A stretch of DNA of 61,640 bases from a virus (lineage: Duplodnaviria; Caudoviricetes): positions 1 to 61,640 of IMG/VR virus record IMGVR_UViG_3300032326_000597; one strand, written 5' to 3'. Of this stretch, positions 36,559-46,075 are shown one piece after another (the stretch's first letter is position 1; each line of letters begins with the position of its first letter). The notes beneath the pieces were generated by a model, which saw nothing but the letters and a program-made list of their open reading frames with translations, did no database searches and was not told the DNA's origin. The position numbers and the translations under genes were made by a program.

Positions 36559-37313
36559 TGATAACTACTCTAGGTGAAATATATGAAGAGTTACTCTTCC
36601 GCGCGGGTAAGGACTTGCGCGGAGGATACGTGACTCCCGAAACCTTCAACAAGGGAATCAAGACAGTTAACCAACGATACTTAAACCGCTTGGTTGACTT
36701 GTTCGAAAAGAATCGGGAGATTACGAGTGATCTTCAGACTTTTATCAAGACCTTGGGTAGCCCTCAGTATCCAGCGATGAACTTCACCCCTGTATTTGCA
36801 GGAGACCCGAAAAAGGGTGGATACACCGATATCCCAGACGACATTTGGTATGAGGCTTCTTCTAGTTATCTTGAGTTATTAAACGTGAACTGTGGGCTTG
36901 AAGCCAACTACAGAAGTGTTGAGTTTGTTAGCCAGCATCAGTTTGATGCCCGGATGAGAAGCTCTATTATAAGTCCTATAGACAACCCGGAAGAGAACGA
37001 CCCAATCCTTGTCACACGAAACGACAAATATTTCATTTATCCATACCTCCCGCGCATCACGTTTACTTACATAAGAACTCCAAATATTCCTTACTTCGAC
37101 TACGATATTGATAACGGAATTCCCGTATATTTACCACCGGGTAGCGTACATACTAACAGTACTGTAGCCGCTCAGGGATCTCCGAGTTTGAGTGTTGAGT
37201 TTGAGTATCCTGAGAGCTGCGTAGACCACTTGATCGACATGATTAAGACGTATGTTGGTATCGGTAACGAGAACCAGTGGAACATTCAGACTCAAATGCC
37301 AAGTAAGGTATGA
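36558..37313 (+). CDS. tail ring/adaptor protein
   Basis: G.VTPE.FN, TY.R.P, EFEYP; crAss-like ring position. Confidence 0.7.
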   Translation: MITTLGEIYEELLFRAGKDLRGGYVTPETFNKGIKTVNQRYLNRLVDLFEKNREITSDLQTFIKTLGSPQYPAMNFTPVFAGDPKKGGYTDIPDDIWYEASSSYLELLNVNCGLEANYRSVEFVSQHQFDARMRSSIISPIDNPEENDPILVTRNDKYFIYPYLPRITFTYIRTPNIPYFDYDIDNGIPVYLPPGSVHTNSTVAAQGSPSLSVEFEYPESCVDHLIDMIKTYVGIGNENQWNIQTQMPSKV

Positions 37314-37930
37314 TAACAAAACGCCAGGCCATAGAACTCATACAGCACAGGTTGACTGGAGGAGACACCCCAGAGGACTTGCGCCGTCTGTACCCACGCT
37401 CGGTTATCTCTCGCGTTATGAATATGGCTCTTGCAGATATTGTAAGTGCTAACCCATACGATGCGAGCGACATGGCGGTTCCATATGTTTTTACTCCGTC
37501 AACGGACGCTAACGGATACTACGTGACTCTAAGCCCACAGCCTGTGGCGGGGTCACTTGCTATATTTACGGTTACGGACGAGGGTACAGGAAGTAACGAA
37601 TACATTATTCAAACCAAGGCAGAGGCAAACGCCATGAAGGTGTTGCGCGGGGCTAATAGCTCTGCGGCTATTCTTTACAATAACAAGCTCCGCTTCAACA
37701 AGAGACCTGAAGGAGACGTAACAGTTGTTATGGTCCCCAACGTATACCAAATGGAGGATGACGATGTATTAATCATCCCATCCAATGAGACAGGTCGCGG
37801 AGAAACAATGTTATTCCAGATGTGCCTTCAACTACTAGCTTCACAGCAATATCAAGACGACTTGAACAACGACTCTGTCGATGCTCAGTCGCTTGCGAGA
37901 GATACATCAAGATTATACAGTAACGAATGA
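37310..37930 (+). CDS. tail ring protein
   Basis: Position and coupling. Confidence 0.6.
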   Translation: MITKRQAIELIQHRLTGGDTPEDLRRLYPRSVISRVMNMALADIVSANPYDASDMAVPYVFTPSTDANGYYVTLSPQPVAGSLAIFTVTDEGTGSNEYIIQTKAEANAMKVLRGANSSAAILYNNKLRFNKRPEGDVTVVMVPNVYQMEDDDVLIIPSNETGRGETMLFQMCLQLLASQQYQDDLNNDSVDAQSLARDTSRLYSNE

Positions 37931-38658
37931 CCATTAAGAATATAAAATATATCGCCACTTCGGCCCTATATCGTTTGGGGAAGAACCCGGTTGGTCGTGA
38001 GTTGAACTGGATGGTTCAAGTGGCTATTGACTACCTAAGCGAGAAGTCTCCGCTAGACGGCAACGTGTCCCTGAGAACAATCTATGGAAAGATTGATACA
38101 GGGGCGCGGGTATTTACCATGCCTGGGGACTGCATGAGAATCTCTAAAGTGGGATTAAAGTCAGGCCGTCGCATTTGGACCCTGACTCCGGACACGTCTT
38201 TGACTTATCCTGAGGAGTTCTTTCAGTGTGAAAGCGATCAGAACGATCCAGTTGTTGTTGATGGATTATTTCCTTACGGATATTTTGGGTTTTTTTATAA
38301 TCAACCCGAATATGGCCGGGGTGGTGGACGTAATGAGAACTACTACCGAATAGACGGTAACAATATCATTTTCGATCACAACATCCCCGACGGGCAGTTA
38401 GTAATCGAATACTTCTCAAACGGCTCGGACGTTAACGAGGATAGCTTGATTGACACGGCATACGCGGAGCCATTCCGTTTGTATTTGATGGCGGAGTATT
38501 GCCTGCACAAGGGTAACTCATTGGACCGCTCTAAGTTCAAAGAGTTACAGATGCAGTACGAGGCAGCCCAGTGGAGTGCCAACATTTTAGTTAAGGCCCC
38601 ACGACTGAGTGAGATGATTGACGCGCTTGCACAAAGTTCAGAGTTTAACTTAGGATAA
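37927..38658 (+). CDS. tail ring protein
   Basis: MP.D...I.KVG, Y.I.GN.I.F, VIEY.S.G. Confidence 0.65.
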   Translation: MTIKNIKYIATSALYRLGKNPVGRELNWMVQVAIDYLSEKSPLDGNVSLRTIYGKIDTGARVFTMPGDCMRISKVGLKSGRRIWTLTPDTSLTYPEEFFQCESDQNDPVVVDGLFPYGYFGFFYNQPEYGRGGGRNENYYRIDGNNIIFDHNIPDGQLVIEYFSNGSDVNEDSLIDTAYAEPFRLYLMAEYCLHKGNSLDRSKFKELQMQYEAAQWSANILVKAPRLSEMIDALAQSSEFNLG

Positions 38659-41600
38659 TGGATTTCAACGAGATAATAACATTTGAGGGTGGTATAAACA
38701 CCGACGACACGCCTCAGGGTATGCCCAAGGGCGACTATCGTGACTTTTCATACTGTCGCCTTGGTTATAACTCTGGTAACGCCTTCGCTGTAGAGACGTC
38801 GAGCGGAACTATTGAAATAAACAACTCATTTATTAGCGAAGAAGACAAGGTGCTTGGAGCTACGCAATGGCTTAAAGAAAACGCGATTGTTTATTTCGTT
38901 TACAAATACTCGCCGCCTCCAGTACCTCCATTTCCTCCGCCTCCCATACCTCACCAGATTTGGGTTTACTATATCGCGACTCAGACCCATGAGCTTGCAG
39001 TTCAAGACTTAGTGTTAAACTTTAGCCCAGACTGGCCAATCTTTCACGCGAATGTGATAGACGATATTCTAAAGTGGACTGATGGACGTTGGAATGATCA
39101 AATGTATGAGGACGACGGAACTCGACTTTTCAACCCGCCGTATCAAATCAATTTACGCAAGGCTCTTGATGGCTTTTATACATTAATTGACCTTCAGACT
39201 ATAGACGCTATTAAGTGGCCGATGGAGCCACCTATTGTGAGTTACTTTACGGATACAACCCGCAACGACAACAAGCTGCGCGGCAAACTTTTTAAGTTCA
39301 TAATTCAACCGATATATGAAAACGGAGAACTTGGTGTTTGGTCGATGTATTCTAATTTGGCACTGCCCGATCAGTCTGAGCTTGTTAGTGGAACTAACTG
39401 GGTGTTTCTTAATAACGACAACGTAATTAGGATTCAGTTTGATACAGGCCCAAAGGTTATTCGAGGCTTCAATTTAGCTGTTCAACAGTACGATAGAGAC
39501 TCATTCGGTGCTATTCCTCCATTTGGTGTTTTCTTGCAATTAGATAAAGTTCTTGACAACATAAACGATAACTCGTTTCATACAGTTAACTTTTACGGCA
39601 GTGTTGCCACAAGTCCAGCTATTGACGTACTTAAGAATTACGACAGGCTACCTGTAATTGCTGATTGTCAAGAGTACTTGCCAACTAATCAGTTGACGTA
39701 TTCAAACTTTAGAGAGGGTTACGATAAACCTACAGGCACTCCATTTACATTGAACGTTCAGGTAGGTTACGATGTCAGCGAGGTTAGATGGAACCCGGCT
39801 GATTCTAGGACACTATATAAGGCAGAAATAGAGATCGATAAGTTTATAATTCAATACGATGGCGATCCATACGCTAATGCAAGTAGTAAGTTTATATATC
39901 AAGTAGGAGATATAATTTATTTTATTACATGGAGCGATAGTGATCCTCAAAATCCATACAGCAATAGGCGACTGTTTTACAGCATATCACAAGAAGATGT
40001 AGATGTCGCGCTAACCTTTCCTCTTCCAATAGATCAAAACGGATATATACTACGGCTGATAGGCGATTCTTTTATAACACAATGGAATGCTACGGGATAT
40101 TTTCAATTGCCCGGAACCACCTCGGTTTATAGTACGGACGGAATACAGTACGAAGCAAATCGCCTAATAGGCTTTGATGGCCCAGTCAGAACTTCTGATT
40201 ATCAGAGTACAGGAAAGTTGATTGTTGGCGGTTCATTTAACGCGGCTGCAAACTCTCTTTCAAAGGGGATATGCAGGCTAAACACCCTGGGAACAACTCT
40301 GACGATTGGTTCAGTTGACCGCACGTTTAGTGAATATGCAGGAACAGGCTTCAACGGTGATGTTTATACCGTAAAGGTTCAGATAGATGGATTTGATTAC
40401 ATATTAGTGGGTGGTTCGTTTACTGAGTTTAATGGGGTTTCAAGAAACAAAATAGCTCGACTAGGTCCAGACGGTTGGCTTGACACGACATTTGATCCAG
40501 GAACGGGTTTTAATGGAAACGTATATTCAATAGATATACAAGAATCTGATAATAAGATTGTAGTTGGAGGAGACTTTACGAGTTATAACGGGCAACCAGT
40601 AAATCTGATTGCTAGGTTAAACTTTGATGGAAGTTTAGACGACACCTTTACGTCTCCTGTGACTACCGTTACTCCTGGCGTGAGTAAGGTTAATGTGGTG
40701 GCTGTTCAATCCGGAACGTCTAATCCAATGGCTGGAAAGATAATTATAGGTGGATTTCAACTCGGAATACCGTCCGCTATTTCTAGCAACATAGCAAGAC
40801 TAGGTGTTGACGGATCTTACGATAACACGTTTATAGCAAATCCGAATGGAGCTGTTTATGACATAGCCTTTTCCACACTTACCGGCACACCAGACGCCTA
40901 CATAGCTGGAGATTTTACTAATTGTAATGGGCAACTTAGAAACAGAATTGCTCTTTTATATTTTACATCAGGAATTGTAGTGCCTAGCATTTTTATAGGC
41001 TCGTCATTTAACGACACGGTCAGGTCTATAAGTATAAACCCCGTCAGTAGTGGTACACAGGAGTGGATTTATTGTGCAGGCGACTTTACGGATTATGACT
41101 CTACTGCAACTTATGGTATTGCTACATTAACAGAAACTGGATTTCTTATTCAGTCTAATGCTAGCGCAACTACAATTAACGGAACTCCCCTTAACATTAT
41201 ATTTAACGACTTCCCAAATCGTCTTTTTCTTTTTGGCGATTTTATATATGACGGTGTTACCTTACCAGATGGTAGAAACGGTGTTCTTTTATCATCCACT
41301 TTACTTCTTTATTCTACAAATGCAGGGAAACCATCTATAGATATTGGTACATTACCAACTGGCACTAACTCTGCAAAGCAAATTGATTACGACAAGGTAA
41401 CGGCGGCAACACCAAGCTTGAAGGTGGGTGCGACCCATGAGTTTGGAATTGTTTACGGAGACAGGGCATATAGGGACAGCACGGTTTACACCGTGGACGA
41501 CATGAACTTATTTGTGCCTTGGTTTTATGATATAGCTAATTCCGGGGTATTAAATGATAATAAGAATCCGTTCACTGTAACCCCAAACATTACAATCAAT

Positions 41601-43937
41601 CATGTCCCCCCTGTTTGGGCTGATAGGTACTGGATAGTAGCCAAACCTGCTACTGAAGTTTTAAGTTTTGGTCAGTATATAACCAATAACAACGACGGAA
41701 CTACAAGTTGGCAGGATTCTATAGTTTTAACCGGTGTAGGAAATAATAAACGATATAAAATATATATCGACAACTGGTATGAAAGAGAAAACAAGGGGGC
41801 TACCATCAGGCATGAAATCAAGATTGGTGATAAACTTAGATTTAAGAGGTCAAACTTTTATTATTTAGATTACCTATCATACCTAGAGCTTGATATTGTT
41901 GGTGTAGAAATTGGCGCAGGTAACGATGGTAGGACTGCTGTATATACAAATCTTTTTGACAGAAATATCATATCTGTTGCGGATGATTTCGCAGGATCCG
42001 GCAGTAAAGTGTTTGGACAAGAATTAGAGATATACACTCCAAGACCTTCGGTAGACGACACAGGTAATATATTTGTGTCTCCATGGAAGGATATAACCGA
42101 GGCGATTCAGATAAAAAATCCACACACAGAGGATAGGTCGCACGGGTCTCCTGTTCAGTATTACCTTCAGTGGAGTCCTAATTTTTTCAGTGGAAACTAT
42201 TTTTACATCAGCGGAGACCAAAGCCAACTGTCTGGAACATCTTGGCCAAACTCGACCGTCCATTATGCGGACGGAACAGTTTTCCAAGAGGCAACAAGCG
42301 TAAATACCGCATCGTATGACAGCATAGAAAACATCACAAGAATAGAACTAACAACCGTTAGTCCTGATCCGACAATTTCTTACATAACACTTAACGGTCA
42401 AGACCAAGTAGTTAACGGCCTTGTTAGCAGCACCGCTGCGTCTTATAGCATCAATTATGGAGATGTTTATTTAAGACTAAGAAACAGCAGGACTGGAACT
42501 TCGGGGGCGCAAGATGAGTTTTATTATTTCATGGAGGACTTCAACTACTCTGACTACTACCCAAGCGACGTTCATAATGACGGAAGGACTAGGATTGAAG
42601 ATCAGAACGCCAAAATGGTTCACCGCAAGGCGTCCTCTATTCATTCGGACTCTTTTATCTTAGGGACTCAGATAAACGGACTTTCTTCGTTTGGACTTGA
42701 CAATCGTAATATCGAGGACATGAATCCTCTTTATGGAGAGATAGTAAGGACTTATATGTCTGGTCGTGAGGGTAAGACATTAAAATGTCTCCAACCAAAG
42801 AGGGAGAACTCGATTTACATTCAGTTCTATCCCAACGAGGTTGGTTCCGATTCAAGTGTTCGCGTATCCAACAAGACATTTGCTTCTTGGTTTGACTACA
42901 AGAGTCTTTTCGGGTGTTCTGATGCCGGGGCTGCCGCGCTTCTTCCAAACGGAGCTGTGATGTACTTTGACAACAACTCCGGGGTGTTCGTTTACTCAGG
43001 CGGAAACGGCCAGATGGTGGTAAGTGAAATAGATCCTGATACCGCAAAAGATTACAAATTCAGAACAAAGACAAAGGAGCTTGCTAAGGCCTATAACGAG
43101 AGCGCAAATCCTCTTGTTAGGACGTATATAAACGAAACCGTTGGTGAGGTAGGTTTTGCGTTTAGTTTTGATAACGAGGAGACATACGAACACGTAGTGT
43201 TTGACTACGTAAACATGAGGTGGCGTTCAACCTACGACTACAACTTCCGTCAGTTCTGCAATTTAGGACAGACGCTAGTTGGTTGGGGTAAGAACAATCA
43301 GCTTTACCTACACAACCAAGACGGTGTTTGGACATTCCACGGAGACTCATTCATTCAGAAGGTCTCGTTCGTATCAAACGAGAATCCATTACTGTTGAAG
43401 CGTTATCAGGACATAACTTTAATATCGGACGATAAGTTTTCAATCGAGGCGGTATCTGAACCAAACAGAAGTTATCCTCTTGGAATGAAGACCATGATGA
43501 CCGAGAACTTGCTTGGAATGTATGAGGGGTATGGTAAGACGAACTACAGAAAGAACCTGTACGATCCTAGGTTCTGGATTCCTGGAAACGTGAGCGAAAC
43601 AAACACAACGACGTGGATACTAAACGGTAATCAGACCTCGCTTGTCGGGGAGACCATTACCATTGTCCAAGATGACAAGAATATATATACAGGGGTAATT
43701 ACAAACCCTGTTTATAACTCAGGACCAAACACTACAGATATCGAAATAGTAGGATTTCAGCCAGGAACTGCGGGCGTGGATGGCAAATGGTATTTGAGTG
43801 AGAAGGTGTTATTGAACGGAGAAGATGTGAGAGCAAACGCCTTAACACACACGTTGAGTTATGACCCGGCAGCATCTGGGGCATCTGGTGAAGGTTCTGT
43901 TCTTTTCTCTGTTGGAATTAAGGGTGTTTTATCATAA
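38658..43937 (+). CDS. tail stabilisation/muzzle protein (P22 gp10-like) with delta-60 repeat insertion
   Basis: F.GG.NTD......P.G.YR start, L.WTDG, SLK.G...FGIVY.D, YG.I; DUF5122-like repeats at about 40170-41250. Confidence 0.8.
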   Translation: MDFNEIITFEGGINTDDTPQGMPKGDYRDFSYCRLGYNSGNAFAVETSSGTIEINNSFISEEDKVLGATQWLKENAIVYFVYKYSPPPVPPFPPPPIPHQIWVYYIATQTHELAVQDLVLNFSPDWPIFHANVIDDILKWTDGRWNDQMYEDDGTRLFNPPYQINLRKALDGFYTLIDLQTIDAIKWPMEPPIVSYFTDTTRNDNKLRGKLFKFIIQPIYENGELGVWSMYSNLALPDQSELVSGTNWVFLNNDNVIRIQFDTGPKVIRGFNLAVQQYDRDSFGAIPPFGVFLQLDKVLDNINDNSFHTVNFYGSVATSPAIDVLKNYDRLPVIADCQEYLPTNQLTYSNFREGYDKPTGTPFTLNVQVGYDVSEVRWNPADSRTLYKAEIEIDKFIIQYDGDPYANASSKFIYQVGDIIYFITWSDSDPQNPYSNRRLFYSISQEDVDVALTFPLPIDQNGYILRLIGDSFITQWNATGYFQLPGTTSVYSTDGIQYEANRLIGFDGPVRTSDYQSTGKLIVGGSFNAAANSLSKGICRLNTLGTTLTIGSVDRTFSEYAGTGFNGDVYTVKVQIDGFDYILVGGSFTEFNGVSRNKIARLGPDGWLDTTFDPGTGFNGNVYSIDIQESDNKIVVGGDFTSYNGQPVNLIARLNFDGSLDDTFTSPVTTVTPGVSKVNVVAVQSGTSNPMAGKIIIGGFQLGIPSAISSNIARLGVDGSYDNTFIANPNGAVYDIAFSTLTGTPDAYIAGDFTNCNGQLRNRIALLYFTSGIVVPSIFIGSSFNDTVRSISINPVSSGTQEWIYCAGDFTDYDSTATYGIATLTETGFLIQSNASATTINGTPLNIIFNDFPNRLFLFGDFIYDGVTLPDGRNGVLLSSTLLLYSTNAGKPSIDIGTLPTGTNSAKQIDYDKVTAATPSLKVGATHEFGIVYGDRAYRDSTVYTVDDMNLFVPWFYDIANSGVLNDNKNPFTVTPNITINHVPPVWADRYWIVAKPATEVLSFGQYITNNNDGTTSWQDSIVLTGVGNNKRYKIYIDNWYERENKGATIRHEIKIGDKLRFKRSNFYYLDYLSYLELDIVGVEIGAGNDGRTAVYTNLFDRNIISVADDFAGSGSKVFGQELEIYTPRPSVDDTGNIFVSPWKDITEAIQIKNPHTEDRSHGSPVQYYLQWSPNFFSGNYFYISGDQSQLSGTSWPNSTVHYADGTVFQEATSVNTASYDSIENITRIELTTVSPDPTISYITLNGQDQVVNGLVSSTAASYSINYGDVYLRLRNSRTGTSGAQDEFYYFMEDFNYSDYYPSDVHNDGRTRIEDQNAKMVHRKASSIHSDSFILGTQINGLSSFGLDNRNIEDMNPLYGEIVRTYMSGREGKTLKCLQPKRENSIYIQFYPNEVGSDSSVRVSNKTFASWFDYKSLFGCSDAGAAALLPNGAVMYFDNNSGVFVYSGGNGQMVVSEIDPDTAKDYKFRTKTKELAKAYNESANPLVRTYINETVGEVGFAFSFDNEETYEHVVFDYVNMRWRSTYDYNFRQFCNLGQTLVGWGKNNQLYLHNQDGVWTFHGDSFIQKVSFVSNENPLLLKRYQDITLISDDKFSIEAVSEPNRSYPLGMKTMMTENLLGMYEGYGKTNYRKNLYDPRFWIPGNVSETNTTTWILNGNQTSLVGETITIVQDDKNIYTGVITNPVYNSGPNTTDIEIVGFQPGTAGVDGKWYLSEKVLLNGEDVRANALTHTLSYDPAASGASGEGSVLFSVGIKGVLS

Positions 43938-44010
43938 ATTTGCCGCTAATGGGTGTCGAGATACGCCAAAATGTGAAGTAGTAAGAGATTATTTAATTAA
44001 GATATAGATC

Positions 44011-44769
44011 ATGCCGTTACCTTTATTAGCAGTACCATTAATAGCAGCGGGCGCAATAGCCGCCGGAAAAGGTATACAAAGTGCTGTACGTGCCAATCAA
44101 GCTAAAAAAGAAATAGACAGGCTTAAGCAGGGTTTAGTAGACCCTTCATATGAACTTCCTCAAGAGTTGATGAGTGCCTACAATAGACAACTTGGTATGC
44201 CTACACAAATGCCAGGATCACAACTTGCTAGATATATTATGGGAGAGGATTATAGCCGGGCAATGGGAAACGCTAGTCGAGCAGCAACAAGTTCTCAGGA
44301 TTTATTGTCAGTAGCAACAGGTCTTGGTGAAAAGCAAATGATGGCAGGTTTGGACCTTGCCAAAACATCTGCTGAATACGAAAGAACCGCCGAGCAGGAA
44401 AAGATGCGTGGAATCACTCAACTTGCCGGTCAGATAGGTCAATACAGAGACGTAATGTACAGAGAGAATGAGTTAAATCCATTCTTAAGAACATCAGCCG
44501 CTATTTCTGCCCTTCGCGAAAAGCGATATAAGGAATCAAACAATACCTTTAATGCATTTGGTAATTTGGCTCAAACAGTGGCCAGTGGAATAGCTCAATT
44601 CGGCGGCGGAGCAGGAGGCGAAGGCGGTGGAGGCGGAGGAATGTCAATTGGTTCAGGTGCAACGACGCAATTAGGTCAATACACTTCAGGTGGAGGGTTC
44701 CAGGGGAATCCAAACTTTTCATCACAAATAGGTTCGGGTTTTCCTCCATTAATGCCTTTTCCGGGATAA
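44011..44769 (+). CDS. putative ejection/pilot protein
   Basis: Hydrophobic A/G-rich N-terminus, helical core, Gly-rich end. Confidence 0.6.
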   Translation: MPLPLLAVPLIAAGAIAAGKGIQSAVRANQAKKEIDRLKQGLVDPSYELPQELMSAYNRQLGMPTQMPGSQLARYIMGEDYSRAMGNASRAATSSQDLLSVATGLGEKQMMAGLDLAKTSAEYERTAEQEKMRGITQLAGQIGQYRDVMYRENELNPFLRTSAAISALREKRYKESNNTFNAFGNLAQTVASGIAQFGGGAGGEGGGGGGMSIGSGATTQLGQYTSGGGFQGNPNFSSQIGSGFPPLMPFPG

Positions 44770-44788
44770 ACGATTAAAGAATAAATAA

Positions 44789-46063
44789 ATGGGAGTACCA
44801 AGCGCGGCAGTAGTATACACAGGGGCGGCAGGCGAAATGTCTGGTTCGGGAAAAGGTGCGGCCTATTCCGAGGATGTAAGCTCTTCACTTGAAAACGTGA
44901 ATCAGTGGCTTAAGGATATTCGTGAAGACGAAAAACTTAGGAAAGAAGAGCAGCAAAAGAAGAACAACGCATGGAACACCATGCTTGAGGAGACCCCTGA
45001 CGTATGGAATTTAGACTTTGAGAAGGTTAAAGAAAAAAGTTTAGCTTATAACGACTACGTCAGATCTCTCAGAGAACAAGGATATAATCCATACGACTTA
45101 CCAACAAAGGAGTCAAGAGAACTTGAAAGACTTAGGGCTGAAGTGGTTCGAGAAACTAATGCGGCCAAGGCTAATAAAGAGTGGTGGGATAAAAACACCT
45201 TCAACATAAATGAAGATGATGGTAAAACCTGGGATAAGGGATACGCTACCAAATGGTTTGAACAATACGCCAACCCAGACATAACACCTTCTGAAAGATC
45301 CAAAATCCGTCAACAAGGCAATCCTTACCAAAGAAATGTAGATCTTGTAGATATTGTTTCTGATCTTACCGATAAAATGGAGGAGCAAAAAATAACTCAG
45401 GGCGGATACGATATAACTCAAAAAACTGAGGAAGACTTTAAGAATTTACTCTCTATTTATTTCCAAGACCAAGCGGGCATGGAGGAGTACGAGTCTCTCA
45501 TGAATCGCGGTAAATATAAGACCGACGATGACCTTATGAAGGAGGCTGTCTCCATATTCAATAGCATATACAAACCAGACAAGGTGAAAAGAAGCACCCC
45601 GCAACAACCTAAAAAAGATAAGGAAGAGAAGAAAAGTGGGTACGGTACGGGTAACTGGAATGGTCAATTAACTATAACGTATGGAAACGATGCCGCTTAT
45701 CCATCCGCTACTAGAGCAAACGCAATAAGCATTACAAGAACATCGTCAAATGATAACCTCCCATTTTTAAATCTAAAAGATGACAACGGTAATTTAATAC
45801 AGTTTCAACCGACCGATTTTTACTTAAAGGGCGATGAAGTTAGTATCAGAGGATTTAAAAAACAAGGTGGCAAAGATGTAGACTCATACATTAGTTATAA
45901 TAAAAACAAACAGGCATTGAAAGCGCAGATGAACGGCTATGATGTGATGGAAGACTTTATTCAAAAAAATAATTCAACCGATAATACAGACACATCAACC
46001 GGTACGGGTTCAACAGGAGGTAAAAAGACAATGGCCGAACTCATGAGAGAGCAAAATAAATAA
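44789..46063 (+). CDS. putative internal virion protein
   Basis: 424 aa charged helical protein in ejection-gene position. Confidence 0.6.
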   Translation: MGVPSAAVVYTGAAGEMSGSGKGAAYSEDVSSSLENVNQWLKDIREDEKLRKEEQQKKNNAWNTMLEETPDVWNLDFEKVKEKSLAYNDYVRSLREQGYNPYDLPTKESRELERLRAEVVRETNAAKANKEWWDKNTFNINEDDGKTWDKGYATKWFEQYANPDITPSERSKIRQQGNPYQRNVDLVDIVSDLTDKMEEQKITQGGYDITQKTEEDFKNLLSIYFQDQAGMEEYESLMNRGKYKTDDDLMKEAVSIFNSIYKPDKVKRSTPQQPKKDKEEKKSGYGTGNWNGQLTITYGNDAAYPSATRANAISITRTSSNDNLPFLNLKDDNGNLIQFQPTDFYLKGDEVSIRGFKKQGGKDVDSYISYNKNKQALKAQMNGYDVMEDFIQKNNSTDNTDTSTGTGSTGGKKTMAELMREQNK

Positions 46064-46075
46064 TTTGTATAAATT

